Shown one piece after another: positions 7,158-17,037 of a stretch of 37,760 bases of DNA. The notes under the pieces are model-generated. The model was not told where the DNA came from. It saw nothing but the letters and a program-made list of their open reading frames with translations, and made no database searches. The number at the start of each line of letters is the position of its first letter. The first letter of the stretch is position 1. Origin of the DNA: a virus (lineage: Duplodnaviria > Caudoviricetes); IMG/VR virus record IMGVR_UViG_3300050147_000055, positions 1 through 37,760 of that record; one strand, 5' to 3'. The position numbers were made by a program, and so were the translations under genes.

Positions 7158-7393
7158 CAGATCGTGCAGACACATACAAACGCCTGTTTGAGCGAACAGG
7201 GATTGATGGCGCGGCGGTGCTGGAGGATTTGATGCGCCGCTTTAGCTCACAGCCCACCTATGTTCGTGGTGGGCAGGAAGCCGAGCGCGAGGGCTGCTTT
7301 CGGGCAGGTCAGCGGTCGGTCATTGAATACATGATTAAGCAGATCAACAAGGCCAATGGGGTGACGGATGAAACATCTGATCTTGATGAGTGA
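7154..7393 (+). CDS. Bbp19-like small protein
   Basis: YKRLF..GAAVLEDL..RF..GQRSVIEYM; between portal and scaffold. Confidence 0.75.
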   Translation: MTDRADTYKRLFERTGIDGAAVLEDLMRRFSSQPTYVRGGQEAEREGCFRAGQRSVIEYMIKQINKANGVTDETSDLDE

Positions 7394-8132
7394 AGCCGGT
7401 GATGGTGCGGATTTAGGCGGTTCGGCATTGGGTGCTGTGGGTGCTACAACACCCGCTGTTGCTACGCCTGATGCAAACGACTGGCTGCCCGAGAAATTCC
7501 GCGTCGTCGGCGAGGGTGACGCGCTTGATGTGACCGCATCGGCACGCAAGATGGCCGAAGCCTATAAGCACGCAGAAGGCCGTCTAGGCACGGGTGATGC
7601 CCCGCCTAAATCCGCAGATGAATACGAGGTCAAGATCGAATCTGATGTGATCAAGTGGGACGAGTTTAAGGCCGACGAGACCAACAAAGCGTTTTTGAAG
7701 GCCGCACACGCAAAGGGCATGACCAACGCGCAGCTTGAATTTGTGCTGGGTGAATATGCACAGCGTGCGCCGTCATTGGTTGCCGGTGCTGCTGCGCTTG
7801 ATGCTGAGTCTGTGACTGCAACGCTCAAAGAAACGTGGGGCGATGACACGCCCAAGCACATGGGTCATGCAATGGCCGCAGCGCGTGCGATGGGTATCAC
7901 AGATGAGCAGCTTGGCAACCCCACGGGCATTGGCAACAACGCCGAAGCTATTAAGGTGTTGGCGTTTTTTGGTGCGCAGTTAGGTGAGGATATGCCGCCT
8001 GCTGGCGGTGGCGTGAGTGCTGATACGGCTGAAGATTTGATGAAGTCGGAAGCGTACATGAACCCGAACCATGCCGATCATCGCCGTGTACATGAGCAGG
8101 TCAGCAAGCATTACCAACGCACCTACAAATAA
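7368..8132 (+). CDS. Capsid scaffolding protein
   Basis: WLPEKF, LKETWGD and AYMNPNHADH motifs; acidic; precedes capsid. Confidence 0.82.
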   Translation: MKHLILMSEAGDGADLGGSALGAVGATTPAVATPDANDWLPEKFRVVGEGDALDVTASARKMAEAYKHAEGRLGTGDAPPKSADEYEVKIESDVIKWDEFKADETNKAFLKAAHAKGMTNAQLEFVLGEYAQRAPSLVAGAAALDAESVTATLKETWGDDTPKHMGHAMAAARAMGITDEQLGNPTGIGNNAEAIKVLAFFGAQLGEDMPPAGGGVSADTAEDLMKSEAYMNPNHADHRRVHEQVSKHYQRTYK

Positions 8133-8141
8133 CCCGATTGA

Positions 8142-8254
8142 CAGGCCGGACGTGGCAGTCCGACAACCTGATCCGCCCACGACGCATTGCCGAATGCGTC
8201 GCGTATATGGGCCTAGCAATAGACAACCCGACATAGGCAAAACCCAAAACCTAT
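8142..8254 (+). promoter_or_regulatory. Structured leader of the capsid gene
   Basis: Four hairpins, two with the same C/ACAA internal loop. Confidence 0.6.
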
Positions 8255-8270
8255 TGAGGAGTGAGTAATC

Positions 8271-9170
8271 ATGCCGATTACCAATCAGGACAATATTACC
8301 GCTGCATTTGTCCGGCAGTTTGCAGATACGTTCGAGGTGGCGTGTCAGCAAAAAACATCCCGTCTGATGGGTGCGTGTAAAGATCGCGGCAACATCGAGG
8401 GCGCGTCATTCACGATCAATGACATGGGCTTGGTGGACATGGTGGATAACCCCACTCGCTTTGCTGCCACGAACCTAACCATTCCAACCGCAGGCACTCG
8501 CCTTGCGACCATGATTGACTGCAACTTGTTTGTGCCGATTGAAAAGATCGATCTGCCAAAACTCAAGGCCAACCCACAAGACAGCTACATGCAAAACATG
8601 ATTGCTGCGCGTAATCGCCGCTGGGACAAAGCCATTTACCGTGGTGCCGTGGATGCAATCAACCGCAAGACCGTGGATGGTGAGACTTACACCAGTACCG
8701 CACTGCCATCCGGTCAAAAGATTCTTGCAGGCGCGACCACCTTCACTAAAGCAAAGATTCTCGCCGCTCGCCGGATTTTTCAGGCCAACAACGTGGGTGT
8801 TGAGCAGGGCGAGGAGCTGTACATGTTGTATGACAGCAACATGATGGCGCAGATTTTGGCCGACACGCAGTTGACCAGTGCAGATTTCATGGCCGTCAAG
8901 ATGCTGCAAGACGGTGATCTGGCTGGCAAATGGTGCGGGTTCAACTGGATTCCGTACGAGTTGCTAGACAACGGTGCGGGCGGTGCGACGGAGCGCAAAA
9001 CCGTCGCCATGACCAAAGACGCGGTGCATTTTGGCCGTGGTATCAACTGGGATTTCAGCATTGACAAACGCCCCGATATGCAAAACCTGATGCAGTTGGG
9101 TGCGCAAATGTCGGTCGGTTCGGGTCGTGCTAACGAGCAAAAGATCGTCACCATCGACTTTTTGATCTAA
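8271..9170 (+). CDS. Major capsid protein
   Basis: ITAAFVRQF, QQKTSRL, LTSADF, WCGFNWI; GAGGA RBS; followed by hairpin. Confidence 0.9.
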   Translation: MPITNQDNITAAFVRQFADTFEVACQQKTSRLMGACKDRGNIEGASFTINDMGLVDMVDNPTRFAATNLTIPTAGTRLATMIDCNLFVPIEKIDLPKLKANPQDSYMQNMIAARNRRWDKAIYRGAVDAINRKTVDGETYTSTALPSGQKILAGATTFTKAKILAARRIFQANNVGVEQGEELYMLYDSNMMAQILADTQLTSADFMAVKMLQDGDLAGKWCGFNWIPYELLDNGAGGATERKTVAMTKDAVHFGRGINWDFSIDKRPDMQNLMQLGAQMSVGSGRANEQKIVTIDFLI

Positions 9171-9176
9171 CCCAAC

Positions 9177-9217
9177 ACCCCTTGTCGGCATACGCTGGCA
9201 AGGGGTCTCTTTATTTG
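9177..9217 (+). terminator. Post-capsid terminator-like hairpin
   Basis: ACCCCTTGTCGGC-ATAC-GCTGGCAAGGGGT then a weak T-tract. Confidence 0.7.
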
Positions 9218-9225
9218 GAGCGACC

Positions 9226-9777
9226 ATGTCAGCCGTCACAATCTGCAATACCGCGCTTGGGATGTTGGGCGCTCAGTCAATCACCAGCCTAGATGAGTCG
9301 TCAGACCGTGCGCGTCTATGCAAAACCTTTTACGAGTCATCGCGTCAAGCCTTGCTACGGATGCACCCGTGGTCATGTGCGACAAAGCGCGTCGAGATTG
9401 CGCCATTGGCCACCGCGCCTGTGTTTGGATGGGGCTATGCGTTTCCGCTGCCTGCCGATTTTGTGCGTGTGTTGGACTGCAACGAGACAGACTATCGCCT
9501 TGAAGACCGGCACGTCCTGAGCAACTCGGGTGTGCTGCATCTGGTTTATGTGTACGACAACCAAAACGAATCAACGTGGGACAGCCTGCTGACCGAAGCC
9601 ATGTCGATCATGCTGGCATCCAAACTAGCTAAGCCACTAACAGGGTCAAGTGCCGAGTCCGACGCACAAGACGCAGCCCTAAGGGCATTGCTCAAACAGG
9701 CACGGGCGATCAATGGGCAGGAGGTGCCGTCGCGCCAAGTGGGGCAGGATTTTGAACTGCTGCTGGCGCGTCTGTAA
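9226..9777 (+). CDS. Tail adaptor (T7 gp11-like)
   Basis: ICNTALGMLG, LLRMHPWSCA, LPADFVR. Confidence 0.85.
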   Translation: MSAVTICNTALGMLGAQSITSLDESSDRARLCKTFYESSRQALLRMHPWSCATKRVEIAPLATAPVFGWGYAFPLPADFVRVLDCNETDYRLEDRHVLSNSGVLHLVYVYDNQNESTWDSLLTEAMSIMLASKLAKPLTGSSAESDAQDAALRALLKQARAINGQEVPSRQVGQDFELLLARL

Positions 9778-11687
9778 TGGCTAAATTTACGATCCAAAAA
9801 AACAACTTTACCGCAGGCGAACTCTCAGACGAGTTGATCACGCGAACGGACATCCCGCAATACGCCAGCGGTGCGCGGGAGCTGCTTAACGTGCTGCCGT
9901 TGGTTGAAGGCGGTGTGCGTCGTCGCGATGGCACCCGAATCTTTACAGCATTGGCCGACACTTCCGCACGCGTGATCCGTGTATTTGATGCGCGTAGCAT
10001 TTTGGTCTTTAGCTCCAACCGTCTGGACATCATTAGCCTGTGGTCGGGTGCGGTCATGGCCACAATCCCCACACTGTGGGATGTGCCGGACGTTTACAGT
10101 CTGTCATTTGCACAGCAGCGCGAAAAAATGTGGATTGCAGGCGCTGGTCGTGAGGTTTACTGGCTGCGGCGCAGTGAGGACTATGCAACATGGGTGCTAG
10201 AGATCTTCCCGCTGGATGTTGCGCCGTTTGATGAAATAACCCCCACGGTGGAGTTGGAACTAACCCCGTCTGGCAAGGATGTGGGAACTCAGATCACGCT
10301 GACAATGGAATCGCCGGGGGCGTGGACTGCTGGCGATGTCGGCAAATACGTCTCGATCAACGGTGGTCTATGCAAAGTCACCGAGTTTGTATCACTCACT
10401 GTGGTCAAGGCGCTGGTCATGCAGGCGCTCACATCAGCAGTTTTGGCAGTGCCGAAATCATGGACGCTCAAAGAAACCATCTGGACAGCATCGCTGGGAT
10501 ATCCGCAATGCGTAACGTATTACAAGCAGCGGTTGGTTTGCGGTAGCACGGTTGGGTATCCAAGCCATGTGTGGTTTAGCCGCATTGGTGATGAGCGCAA
10601 TTTTGAGATGACCACCAACGATGCGGACGCATTTGCGGTTGTAGCAGCAAACGAGCTTGCAGGCAGCGTACGCCACCTTAGCCCATTGCGAAATGGTGTG
10701 GTCGCAATGGGCAGCAGGGGCGAGTTTTTGATCTCTTCAGCAGATCAGCCCTTGGCGCCCACTACTGTGCAGGTGGGCGAGCAAAGCGCCTATGGCGCTC
10801 ATGCAGTGCAAACTGTCCGCATTGGTGGCGAGGTGGTGTTTGTGCAGCGCGGAGGGGAGCGCGTGCGCGCCATGTCCTACCGGTATGACGTTGACGCATT
10901 GGTGGCCGATGAAGTGTCTGTGTTTGCTGCGCATATCGCCCCTGCGCACGGCGGCATCCTGCAAATGGCGTATCAGCAAGAGCCTGATAGTGTGCTGTGG
11001 TGTGCGCTAGTTGATGGCAAGGTTGCAAGCCTGACACTAAATCGAGAACAGCAAGTTGTTGCGTGGGCATTGCATGATTTTGGCGGCATCGTACGAGCTA
11101 TATCTGTGTTTGATGATGTGATGTATTTGCTTGTGCATCGCGGGGATCAGATGCTGCTTGAAGTTATGGATCCGCAATGCCTGACGGACGGCACGCTGGT
11201 CGGCGTGGTAACAGGTGATGTGGTCGCCAAGCCAGATTTCCCGCATTTAAATACAATGGCCAAGGCGACCCACAATAACCGCGTCTATAGCGTGACGGCT
11301 GCCAGCACTAGCTCAATCACGATTGATGCTGGCGTCCCCAACGGCCAGACCGTGCGGGTTGGTCTCCCACTTACTTGCCGTATCCGCTTGTTTCCGCCTG
11401 AGCCCAGCGACGCACCGTCAACCGGAATGCAGTCTTTAGCAAAAGTTGATCGCATCACATTAGTGCTGAAAAAAACCCTTGGCATCACGCTAAATGGCGA
11501 TGATGTGGCACTACAGACCCATGACGACATGATCTTTGGCAATCCAGTCCCATTCACTGGCCGTGCCACGGTCGAGCTACTGGGCTGGCATGAGCTGCAT
11601 GATCTTGACATCACGATCACTCAAACGCAGCCGCTACCGTTTCGGCTGCTGTCCGTCATTCTCGACATGCGAGCAAACGAAAAATGA
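9777..11687 (+). CDS. Tail nozzle (T7 gp12/P22 gp10-like)
   Basis: NNFTAGELS, GGVRRRDG, GYP..V.YYKQRL, EQQVVAW. Confidence 0.88.
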   Translation: MAKFTIQKNNFTAGELSDELITRTDIPQYASGARELLNVLPLVEGGVRRRDGTRIFTALADTSARVIRVFDARSILVFSSNRLDIISLWSGAVMATIPTLWDVPDVYSLSFAQQREKMWIAGAGREVYWLRRSEDYATWVLEIFPLDVAPFDEITPTVELELTPSGKDVGTQITLTMESPGAWTAGDVGKYVSINGGLCKVTEFVSLTVVKALVMQALTSAVLAVPKSWTLKETIWTASLGYPQCVTYYKQRLVCGSTVGYPSHVWFSRIGDERNFEMTTNDADAFAVVAANELAGSVRHLSPLRNGVVAMGSRGEFLISSADQPLAPTTVQVGEQSAYGAHAVQTVRIGGEVVFVQRGGERVRAMSYRYDVDALVADEVSVFAAHIAPAHGGILQMAYQQEPDSVLWCALVDGKVASLTLNREQQVVAWALHDFGGIVRAISVFDDVMYLLVHRGDQMLLEVMDPQCLTDGTLVGVVTGDVVAKPDFPHLNTMAKATHNNRVYSVTAASTSSITIDAGVPNGQTVRVGLPLTCRIRLFPPEPSDAPSTGMQSLAKVDRITLVLKKTLGITLNGDDVALQTHDDMIFGNPVPFTGRATVELLGWHELHDLDITITQTQPLPFRLLSVILDMRANEK

Positions 11688-12130
11688 TCAGAGTTGCCAC
11701 GGTTCATGACCTGCCTGCGTTGGTGAGTTTGGGCGCATTTTTGCACGACGAGTCGCCACGGTTTCGACAGCGCAGTTTTGATCCGGTCAAGTGCGGCGAG
11801 CATTTGAAAATGTTGATTGATGGGGCTGGCGTGGTGTTTGTGGCTGACCACCATGGCGTTGTCGTTGGTGCGTTTGCCGGTGGCATTGCGGTTGATTGGT
11901 ATGGGCACCACAAAACCGCATTTGATTACTCAATCATGGTGCATCCAACCCACAGACAAGGGATTTTGGCTGTCCGTTTGCTAACAGCCTTCAAGGTGTG
12001 GGCTAAAGAGATGGGGGCGGATTGCGTGCAATGCGGCATTACCACAGGGATCAAGCCACAAGAGACAGCACGGCTGTACCAAGCGTTAGGGTTTGAGCTG
12101 ATTGGCCAGTTGTTTGAGCAGGAGGTTTAG
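11684..12130 (+). CDS. GNAT-fold protein (T7 gp13-like position)
   Basis: MIRVATVHDL, VHPTHRQG, RLYQALGF. Confidence 0.8.
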   Translation: MIRVATVHDLPALVSLGAFLHDESPRFRQRSFDPVKCGEHLKMLIDGAGVVFVADHHGVVVGAFAGGIAVDWYGHHKTAFDYSIMVHPTHRQGILAVRLLTAFKVWAKEMGADCVQCGITTGIKPQETARLYQALGFELIGQLFEQEV

Positions 12131-12132
12131 TT

Positions 12133-12603
12133 ATGGGTATTGAAGCTGCATTGGCGCTATCACTGGGCGCAACAGCATTTGGGGCATATAACGCCATTGC
12201 ACAAGGCAACGCGCAGCAAGCACAAAGCAAAAATGATGCGGCGGCGGCGGCGGCCAATGGTCGTCTTGAAGCCGACCAAATCCGCAAGCAGGCAAAGGCG
12301 GCCAAAGGGTCGGCAATGGCTGCCCTTGCGGCCAATGGCTTGGATGTCAACCAAGGTGTGTCCACGGTCATTAATGACCAGATCACACAAGACAGCGAAT
12401 CAGACGCATGGATGGCGATCCTAGGCGGCCAGAGCCAATCCAGACGCTTAACCGCAGACGGTAAAAACGCGGCATTGGCCGGTCGTAATGCAGCCACGTC
12501 CACGATTATCAATGGCGCATCGACGGCTATGTCCATGGGTGCAGGTGGTGGCGCAGGTAAGTCGACCACCAATATTACCAAGCAATCGGGGTGGAAGAAC
12601 TAA
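12133..12603 (+). CDS. Small ejection protein (gp14-like)
   Basis: Ala/Gly/Gln-rich; ALAANGLDV; synteny. Confidence 0.75.
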   Translation: MGIEAALALSLGATAFGAYNAIAQGNAQQAQSKNDAAAAAANGRLEADQIRKQAKAAKGSAMAALAANGLDVNQGVSTVINDQITQDSESDAWMAILGGQSQSRRLTADGKNAALAGRNAATSTIINGASTAMSMGAGGGAGKSTTNITKQSGWKN

Positions 12604-14675
12604 TGAAAATCCCGTTGGGCAACTTTGGCAATGCCTTGCCACAGCAACAGAACCCCCGCGCTGTCGGTGATACGGGTGCGGGTCAGGTGGCGCAGGCAGT
12701 GCAAAACTTAGCCGCCACACAGCACCAGATTGCAGCCAACGAGCAAGCCAGTGCAGCACAAGAAGCAGCACGGATGCAGGCCAAACAAGATGCGCTGGTT
12801 GCACAAGATAAGGCCGCCTTGCAGCGTGTCCAAAGCCTTGAAAAGATGAACGCCGCCGAATTGGCAGCAGATGAAATCGGCGGAAAGATCAATGAACAGG
12901 TGCGCTTGGGGGCGATTGATGCCCCTGTCGCATCACAGCAACTGACAGCGTCTTGGGGTGAGTTTAAAAAAACACAACTTGCTAACGTACAAGACCCTGA
13001 ACATGCGCGTTTGCTGAATGCGCAGATGGATCAATACTCAGCACGCCAACAGATGCGGTTTAACGAGTCTGCCAGTGCTGCCACCATGGACAAGCAAAAA
13101 GGCACAGTGGGAGCGGCGTTTAACAACCTGCTGCAACTGAGCATTAAGGACGTACAAGGTGCGCGTCAAAAGTTTGGTGACATTCTCAGCGCGTCAACCT
13201 TGCCCGCCGATCAAAAAGTGCAGCTTGCTCAGAAGTTTGTCACTGAGTCAGACGGCGCAATCGTCAAGCACCGAATCAACAATGCGGGCGATGATGTGGC
13301 CACATTGCAGCAGGTACAGGCAGACCTGCGTGACCCCAAAAAGTTTGGCGGCTTGCAGCCTGATACCCGCGAGACCTATTGGGCATCAGTACAAGGCAAA
13401 ATTGTGCAGCTTAATAACGCAAGAAGTGTAGAGATTGGCAGGCGTGAAGCGTTGGCTAGCAAAGCTATTGACGAGATGCAGCAGCAAGAAAAGACAGGCT
13501 TTCCACCAAAACCAGAGGATATTGAGCGATGGGGGTCGGCTGTCAAAGGGACTCCACAAGAGACTGCTTATTCAGAAGGGGTGCGCAGACTTTCTGAGGT
13601 TCAGCGTGTACGAGCACTTACGCCTGATAAGCAAATGGAATGGGCAGATGCCCAAGAGGCCAAGATGCGCAGTGGTGGCGCAAATCCTCAGGAGGTTGCG
13701 GTTTATAATGGAGTTCGGGCAGCCTACGAATCACAAGCCAAAGACCTAAAGACCGATCCATACGCATTCGCCAAAAAGAACGCAGGCATTGATACACCTG
13801 ATATTCAGTGGGCAGATTTCAATACGCCGGATGGCAGGCAGCGTATCCAAGGGCAATTTGCTGAGCGCGCCCAACTACTGGGAGCGATTAGCCGTCAATT
13901 TCAGTCTGGCAACGTGCCACTAAAGCCATTAAAGCCAACTGAATTAACGAGCCTACAGGGTTTGATTCAGTCGGGGGATATCACCATGCAGGCCGGTGTC
14001 TACAGCATGTTAGCGCAGTCAATTGGCGATCCGCGCATGTACATGAACGCCATGCAGCAGCTTGCGCCAGATATGCCAGTTCGTGCCCGTGTCGGCCAAA
14101 TTATGGCCATGAAAAAAATGACCACCGGTGAGACGCATATGTTCGGTCCTGATGAGCAAATCGCGACGGGTGATGTGGCAAAAACCTTATTGCTTGGTGC
14201 GAGCATTGTTGAAAAGTCTGGCGATGCCAAAAAACAAGATGGCTCTGGGCGCGGGTTTGAGTTGCCAGAAGAAAAATTGCGAAAAAAATTCAACAGCGAA
14301 TTGGATCCCCGTCTCTACCAAGGCAGACCAAACGACCGTGAGCGCGACTATCAGGTGTTTCGAGCGTATTACGCTGGATTGGTTGCGCAGGGCAAGGTAG
14401 ACAGCACATCTAATATTGGTGATGATTTGGCAGGCCAGATTAAACGTGCGGTCATTGGCGGTGTCTCGGCCTACCACAAAGTGGTCATGCCTATTGGCAT
14501 GAATGATGCTGATTTCACGGACAGGGTTTCCGAAAAAATGGCACAGATCGGGCGTACCATGAACCGAAATACAAAGCTAATTCTTGCTAAGGACGGCCAG
14601 TATTTTGTTGATAATGGCGGGCGGCTTGCAAGCGACTCAACCGGACGGCCTGTTATTTTGGATATGACCAAATGA
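12603..14675 (+). CDS. Ejection/internal virion protein
   Basis: MKIPLGNFG start; helical Q/A-rich; synteny. Confidence 0.75.
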   Translation: MKIPLGNFGNALPQQQNPRAVGDTGAGQVAQAVQNLAATQHQIAANEQASAAQEAARMQAKQDALVAQDKAALQRVQSLEKMNAAELAADEIGGKINEQVRLGAIDAPVASQQLTASWGEFKKTQLANVQDPEHARLLNAQMDQYSARQQMRFNESASAATMDKQKGTVGAAFNNLLQLSIKDVQGARQKFGDILSASTLPADQKVQLAQKFVTESDGAIVKHRINNAGDDVATLQQVQADLRDPKKFGGLQPDTRETYWASVQGKIVQLNNARSVEIGRREALASKAIDEMQQQEKTGFPPKPEDIERWGSAVKGTPQETAYSEGVRRLSEVQRVRALTPDKQMEWADAQEAKMRSGGANPQEVAVYNGVRAAYESQAKDLKTDPYAFAKKNAGIDTPDIQWADFNTPDGRQRIQGQFAERAQLLGAISRQFQSGNVPLKPLKPTELTSLQGLIQSGDITMQAGVYSMLAQSIGDPRMYMNAMQQLAPDMPVRARVGQIMAMKKMTTGETHMFGPDEQIATGDVAKTLLLGASIVEKSGDAKKQDGSGRGFELPEEKLRKKFNSELDPRLYQGRPNDRERDYQVFRAYYAGLVAQGKVDSTSNIGDDLAGQIKRAVIGGVSAYHKVVMPIGMNDADFTDRVSEKMAQIGRTMNRNTKLILAKDGQYFVDNGGRLASDSTGRPVILDMTK

Positions 14676-17035
14676 GTGATTTTGATCTAGATCATCAAGA
14701 GGTGATGGCAAATCTAGGCATTCCGCTAGACAAGCCAAATGCAGCCCCCAAGCCGACCATGTTCGAAAGAGGCTGGGCGGAGGCTGGCAAAGGCATCATG
14801 CTTGGTCAAGCAAAGCTTGGCCGCCTAAGTATGCAAGCAGGCGCAGCACCAATGGTGATAGCCGACGCCTTGATTGGCAACGACTCAGGAAGCGCAGACT
14901 CATTCACAGGTCGATATTTTGAAGATGTTGCACCTGTTGTTAATAACGCGATTGATTACTGGAAGCCCGATACATTAACCAGCGGGCATGGAGCGCAGGT
15001 GCTGAATGGCCTAACCTCTATGATCGCGCCATTGTTTATAGGCAAAGGCAATCCATCACTTTTGGTCGCATCTGAGCAGATGAATACAACGACCGATGCG
15101 GTTGATAATGGCGTATCCGTCGGAGCAGCAATTGACATGGGCGCAACAATGGGCGCGACTGTTGCGGTGGGTTCGGTGCTGCCTTTTCTAGGTGGCACTT
15201 TAGCGCAAAAAATGGCGACAGGTGCAGTAGGAAATACCGCTTTAGGGGTTGCCTCCACGGCAGCAATGAACCAACGCGCCAAGGCGGATGGTGCAACTGA
15301 GTATGCAAAGCAGTTTGATCCATTTGACCCAACAGGACGCACTGTTGACGTGCTGATGGGGTTGGCATTTGGCGGTATCGCACATATGACGACCCCGCGC
15401 TTAACCCCGTCTGATGTTGATACTATTTTGACTCATAGTGCTGATGAACTCGCCAGCAGAACACCAAATGGTCGAGCGACAGATGAACAAGAGCGTCAGA
15501 ATGCACGCGAGATCCAAGACATTATTGCCGGTCAAATGGCAGCGGGAGAGCCGCTGCATGTCAGCCAACCACCAACACGCCCCACGCTATCCGGCCATGC
15601 TGCAACCATCGCGCAAGCCGCTGAAGCCACCGGTGTTGATCCGACCACAGCGGTCATCATCAGTCATATTGAGACGGGAGGGCGCTTTAACGCCGATGCT
15701 CAAAACCCGTCATCATCGGCTAATGGCCTGTTTCAGGTCATCAATGATTCGTGGACGCGGCTCGGTGGTGGCGACCGCTCAAGCGTGAGTGAGCAAATCC
15801 GCGTGGGCTTGCTGCACATGCAGGAGGTGTCTAAAACCCTGCGTGCAAAACTAGGCCGTGAACCCGCAACCCACGAGCAATACATGGGGCATCTGTTGGG
15901 ATCAGGTGGCGCGGGTGTCGTGTTGCGTGCCGACCCCAATGCGCGGCTATATGACGTGGTGCTTGGCTATGCCAACGGCAAGACCAAGGCGGCGCGTGAA
16001 AAGTTTGCTCGTGATACGGTCAACAACAACGGAATGAAGGGTCTGACGGTCGGGGAAGCCATCGCCAAATGGCAAGCCAAAACCGATGCACTGGCCACAA
16101 AATATGGCAAGGCGGGTGATGCGCGATCCGTTGACGGCACGCCGGTTGTTGATGCCGCACCGCCTGACGTGACCACGATACAAGACCCATCAATGGTCTT
16201 TCTTGATGAGCTTTTTGGCGATGCGACACCCGCACGCAGTGAGCCTGCTGCGCCGATGGACACCGCACCGCCTGCCGCCCGTGCTGATGTGACCGCCGCC
16301 ATTGAAGCGCAGGTGACAAGCGATGCAGCGCCACGACCAAACCCAATGCCCACCGATGCGCCGTCACAGCCGATTGCTGACAATGGCCGCGTGGTATTAA
16401 CCGAGCAATCACCGACCATTAGTTTTTCGCCAGATGGTCAGCCCGCACGCCCACAGCCCGTTGACCAAGCCGCACCTGTACGCAATGCCACACCAACAGA
16501 TGCGCCGTTAGCTGCTACGCCAAATGCCGAACCTAGAGCCGCCGTTGACCTTGCAGCCCAAGCGATTGATCAGGGACGGCCTGTTGTGTTGCGTGATCCG
16601 GCTGTAATCCGATCAGCCGAGACGCTGCCTGAATACAATTTGCGTCGTAATGCTGATGGTACAGCCGAAATCATTGGCGCACGTCAATCGGATGGCACAT
16701 GGAGCGGCACACCTAAGCCTGACGCACCTACGCCCAATACCCGCACCAATCAACCACAGCCCACGCCTGACGCACAACCGGCCACAGGTGCAGATAGCGC
16801 AGGTAGCACACCAACAAGCAATAACATGTCCGAGCGAACTACAGGTGTTTCGGACATAGCTGCGCTGCGTCAACTAGAACAGGGTTTGCCGCCTGATTAT
16901 ATGGTGGATATTGATGGCGAGATGATGCCGGTATCCGAAGCCATATCAAGGCTTGAGAAAGAGGCTGTTGATGCCGAAAAACTAAGCACTGCTTTTGAGG
17001 CTGCTGCTGCCTGCGTATTACGATTGGGGGTTTGA
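14672..17035 (+). CDS. Ejection protein with lytic transglycosylase (SLT-like) domain
   Basis: ISHIETGGRFNADAQNPSSSANGLFQ; hydrophobic N-half; Pro-rich linker. Confidence 0.82.
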   Translation: MSDFDLDHQEVMANLGIPLDKPNAAPKPTMFERGWAEAGKGIMLGQAKLGRLSMQAGAAPMVIADALIGNDSGSADSFTGRYFEDVAPVVNNAIDYWKPDTLTSGHGAQVLNGLTSMIAPLFIGKGNPSLLVASEQMNTTTDAVDNGVSVGAAIDMGATMGATVAVGSVLPFLGGTLAQKMATGAVGNTALGVASTAAMNQRAKADGATEYAKQFDPFDPTGRTVDVLMGLAFGGIAHMTTPRLTPSDVDTILTHSADELASRTPNGRATDEQERQNAREIQDIIAGQMAAGEPLHVSQPPTRPTLSGHAATIAQAAEATGVDPTTAVIISHIETGGRFNADAQNPSSSANGLFQVINDSWTRLGGGDRSSVSEQIRVGLLHMQEVSKTLRAKLGREPATHEQYMGHLLGSGGAGVVLRADPNARLYDVVLGYANGKTKAAREKFARDTVNNNGMKGLTVGEAIAKWQAKTDALATKYGKAGDARSVDGTPVVDAAPPDVTTIQDPSMVFLDELFGDATPARSEPAAPMDTAPPAARADVTAAIEAQVTSDAAPRPNPMPTDAPSQPIADNGRVVLTEQSPTISFSPDGQPARPQPVDQAAPVRNATPTDAPLAATPNAEPRAAVDLAAQAIDQGRPVVLRDPAVIRSAETLPEYNLRRNADGTAEIIGARQSDGTWSGTPKPDAPTPNTRTNQPQPTPDAQPATGADSAGSTPTSNNMSERTTGVSDIAALRQLEQGLPPDYMVDIDGEMMPVSEAISRLEKEAVDAEKLSTAFEAAAACVLRLGV

Positions 17036-17037
17036 TT

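Noticed and set aside
11684-12130. GNAT toxin of a toxin-antitoxin pair
   Set aside because: Sits at the conserved position between nozzle and ejection genes, with no antitoxin neighbour.
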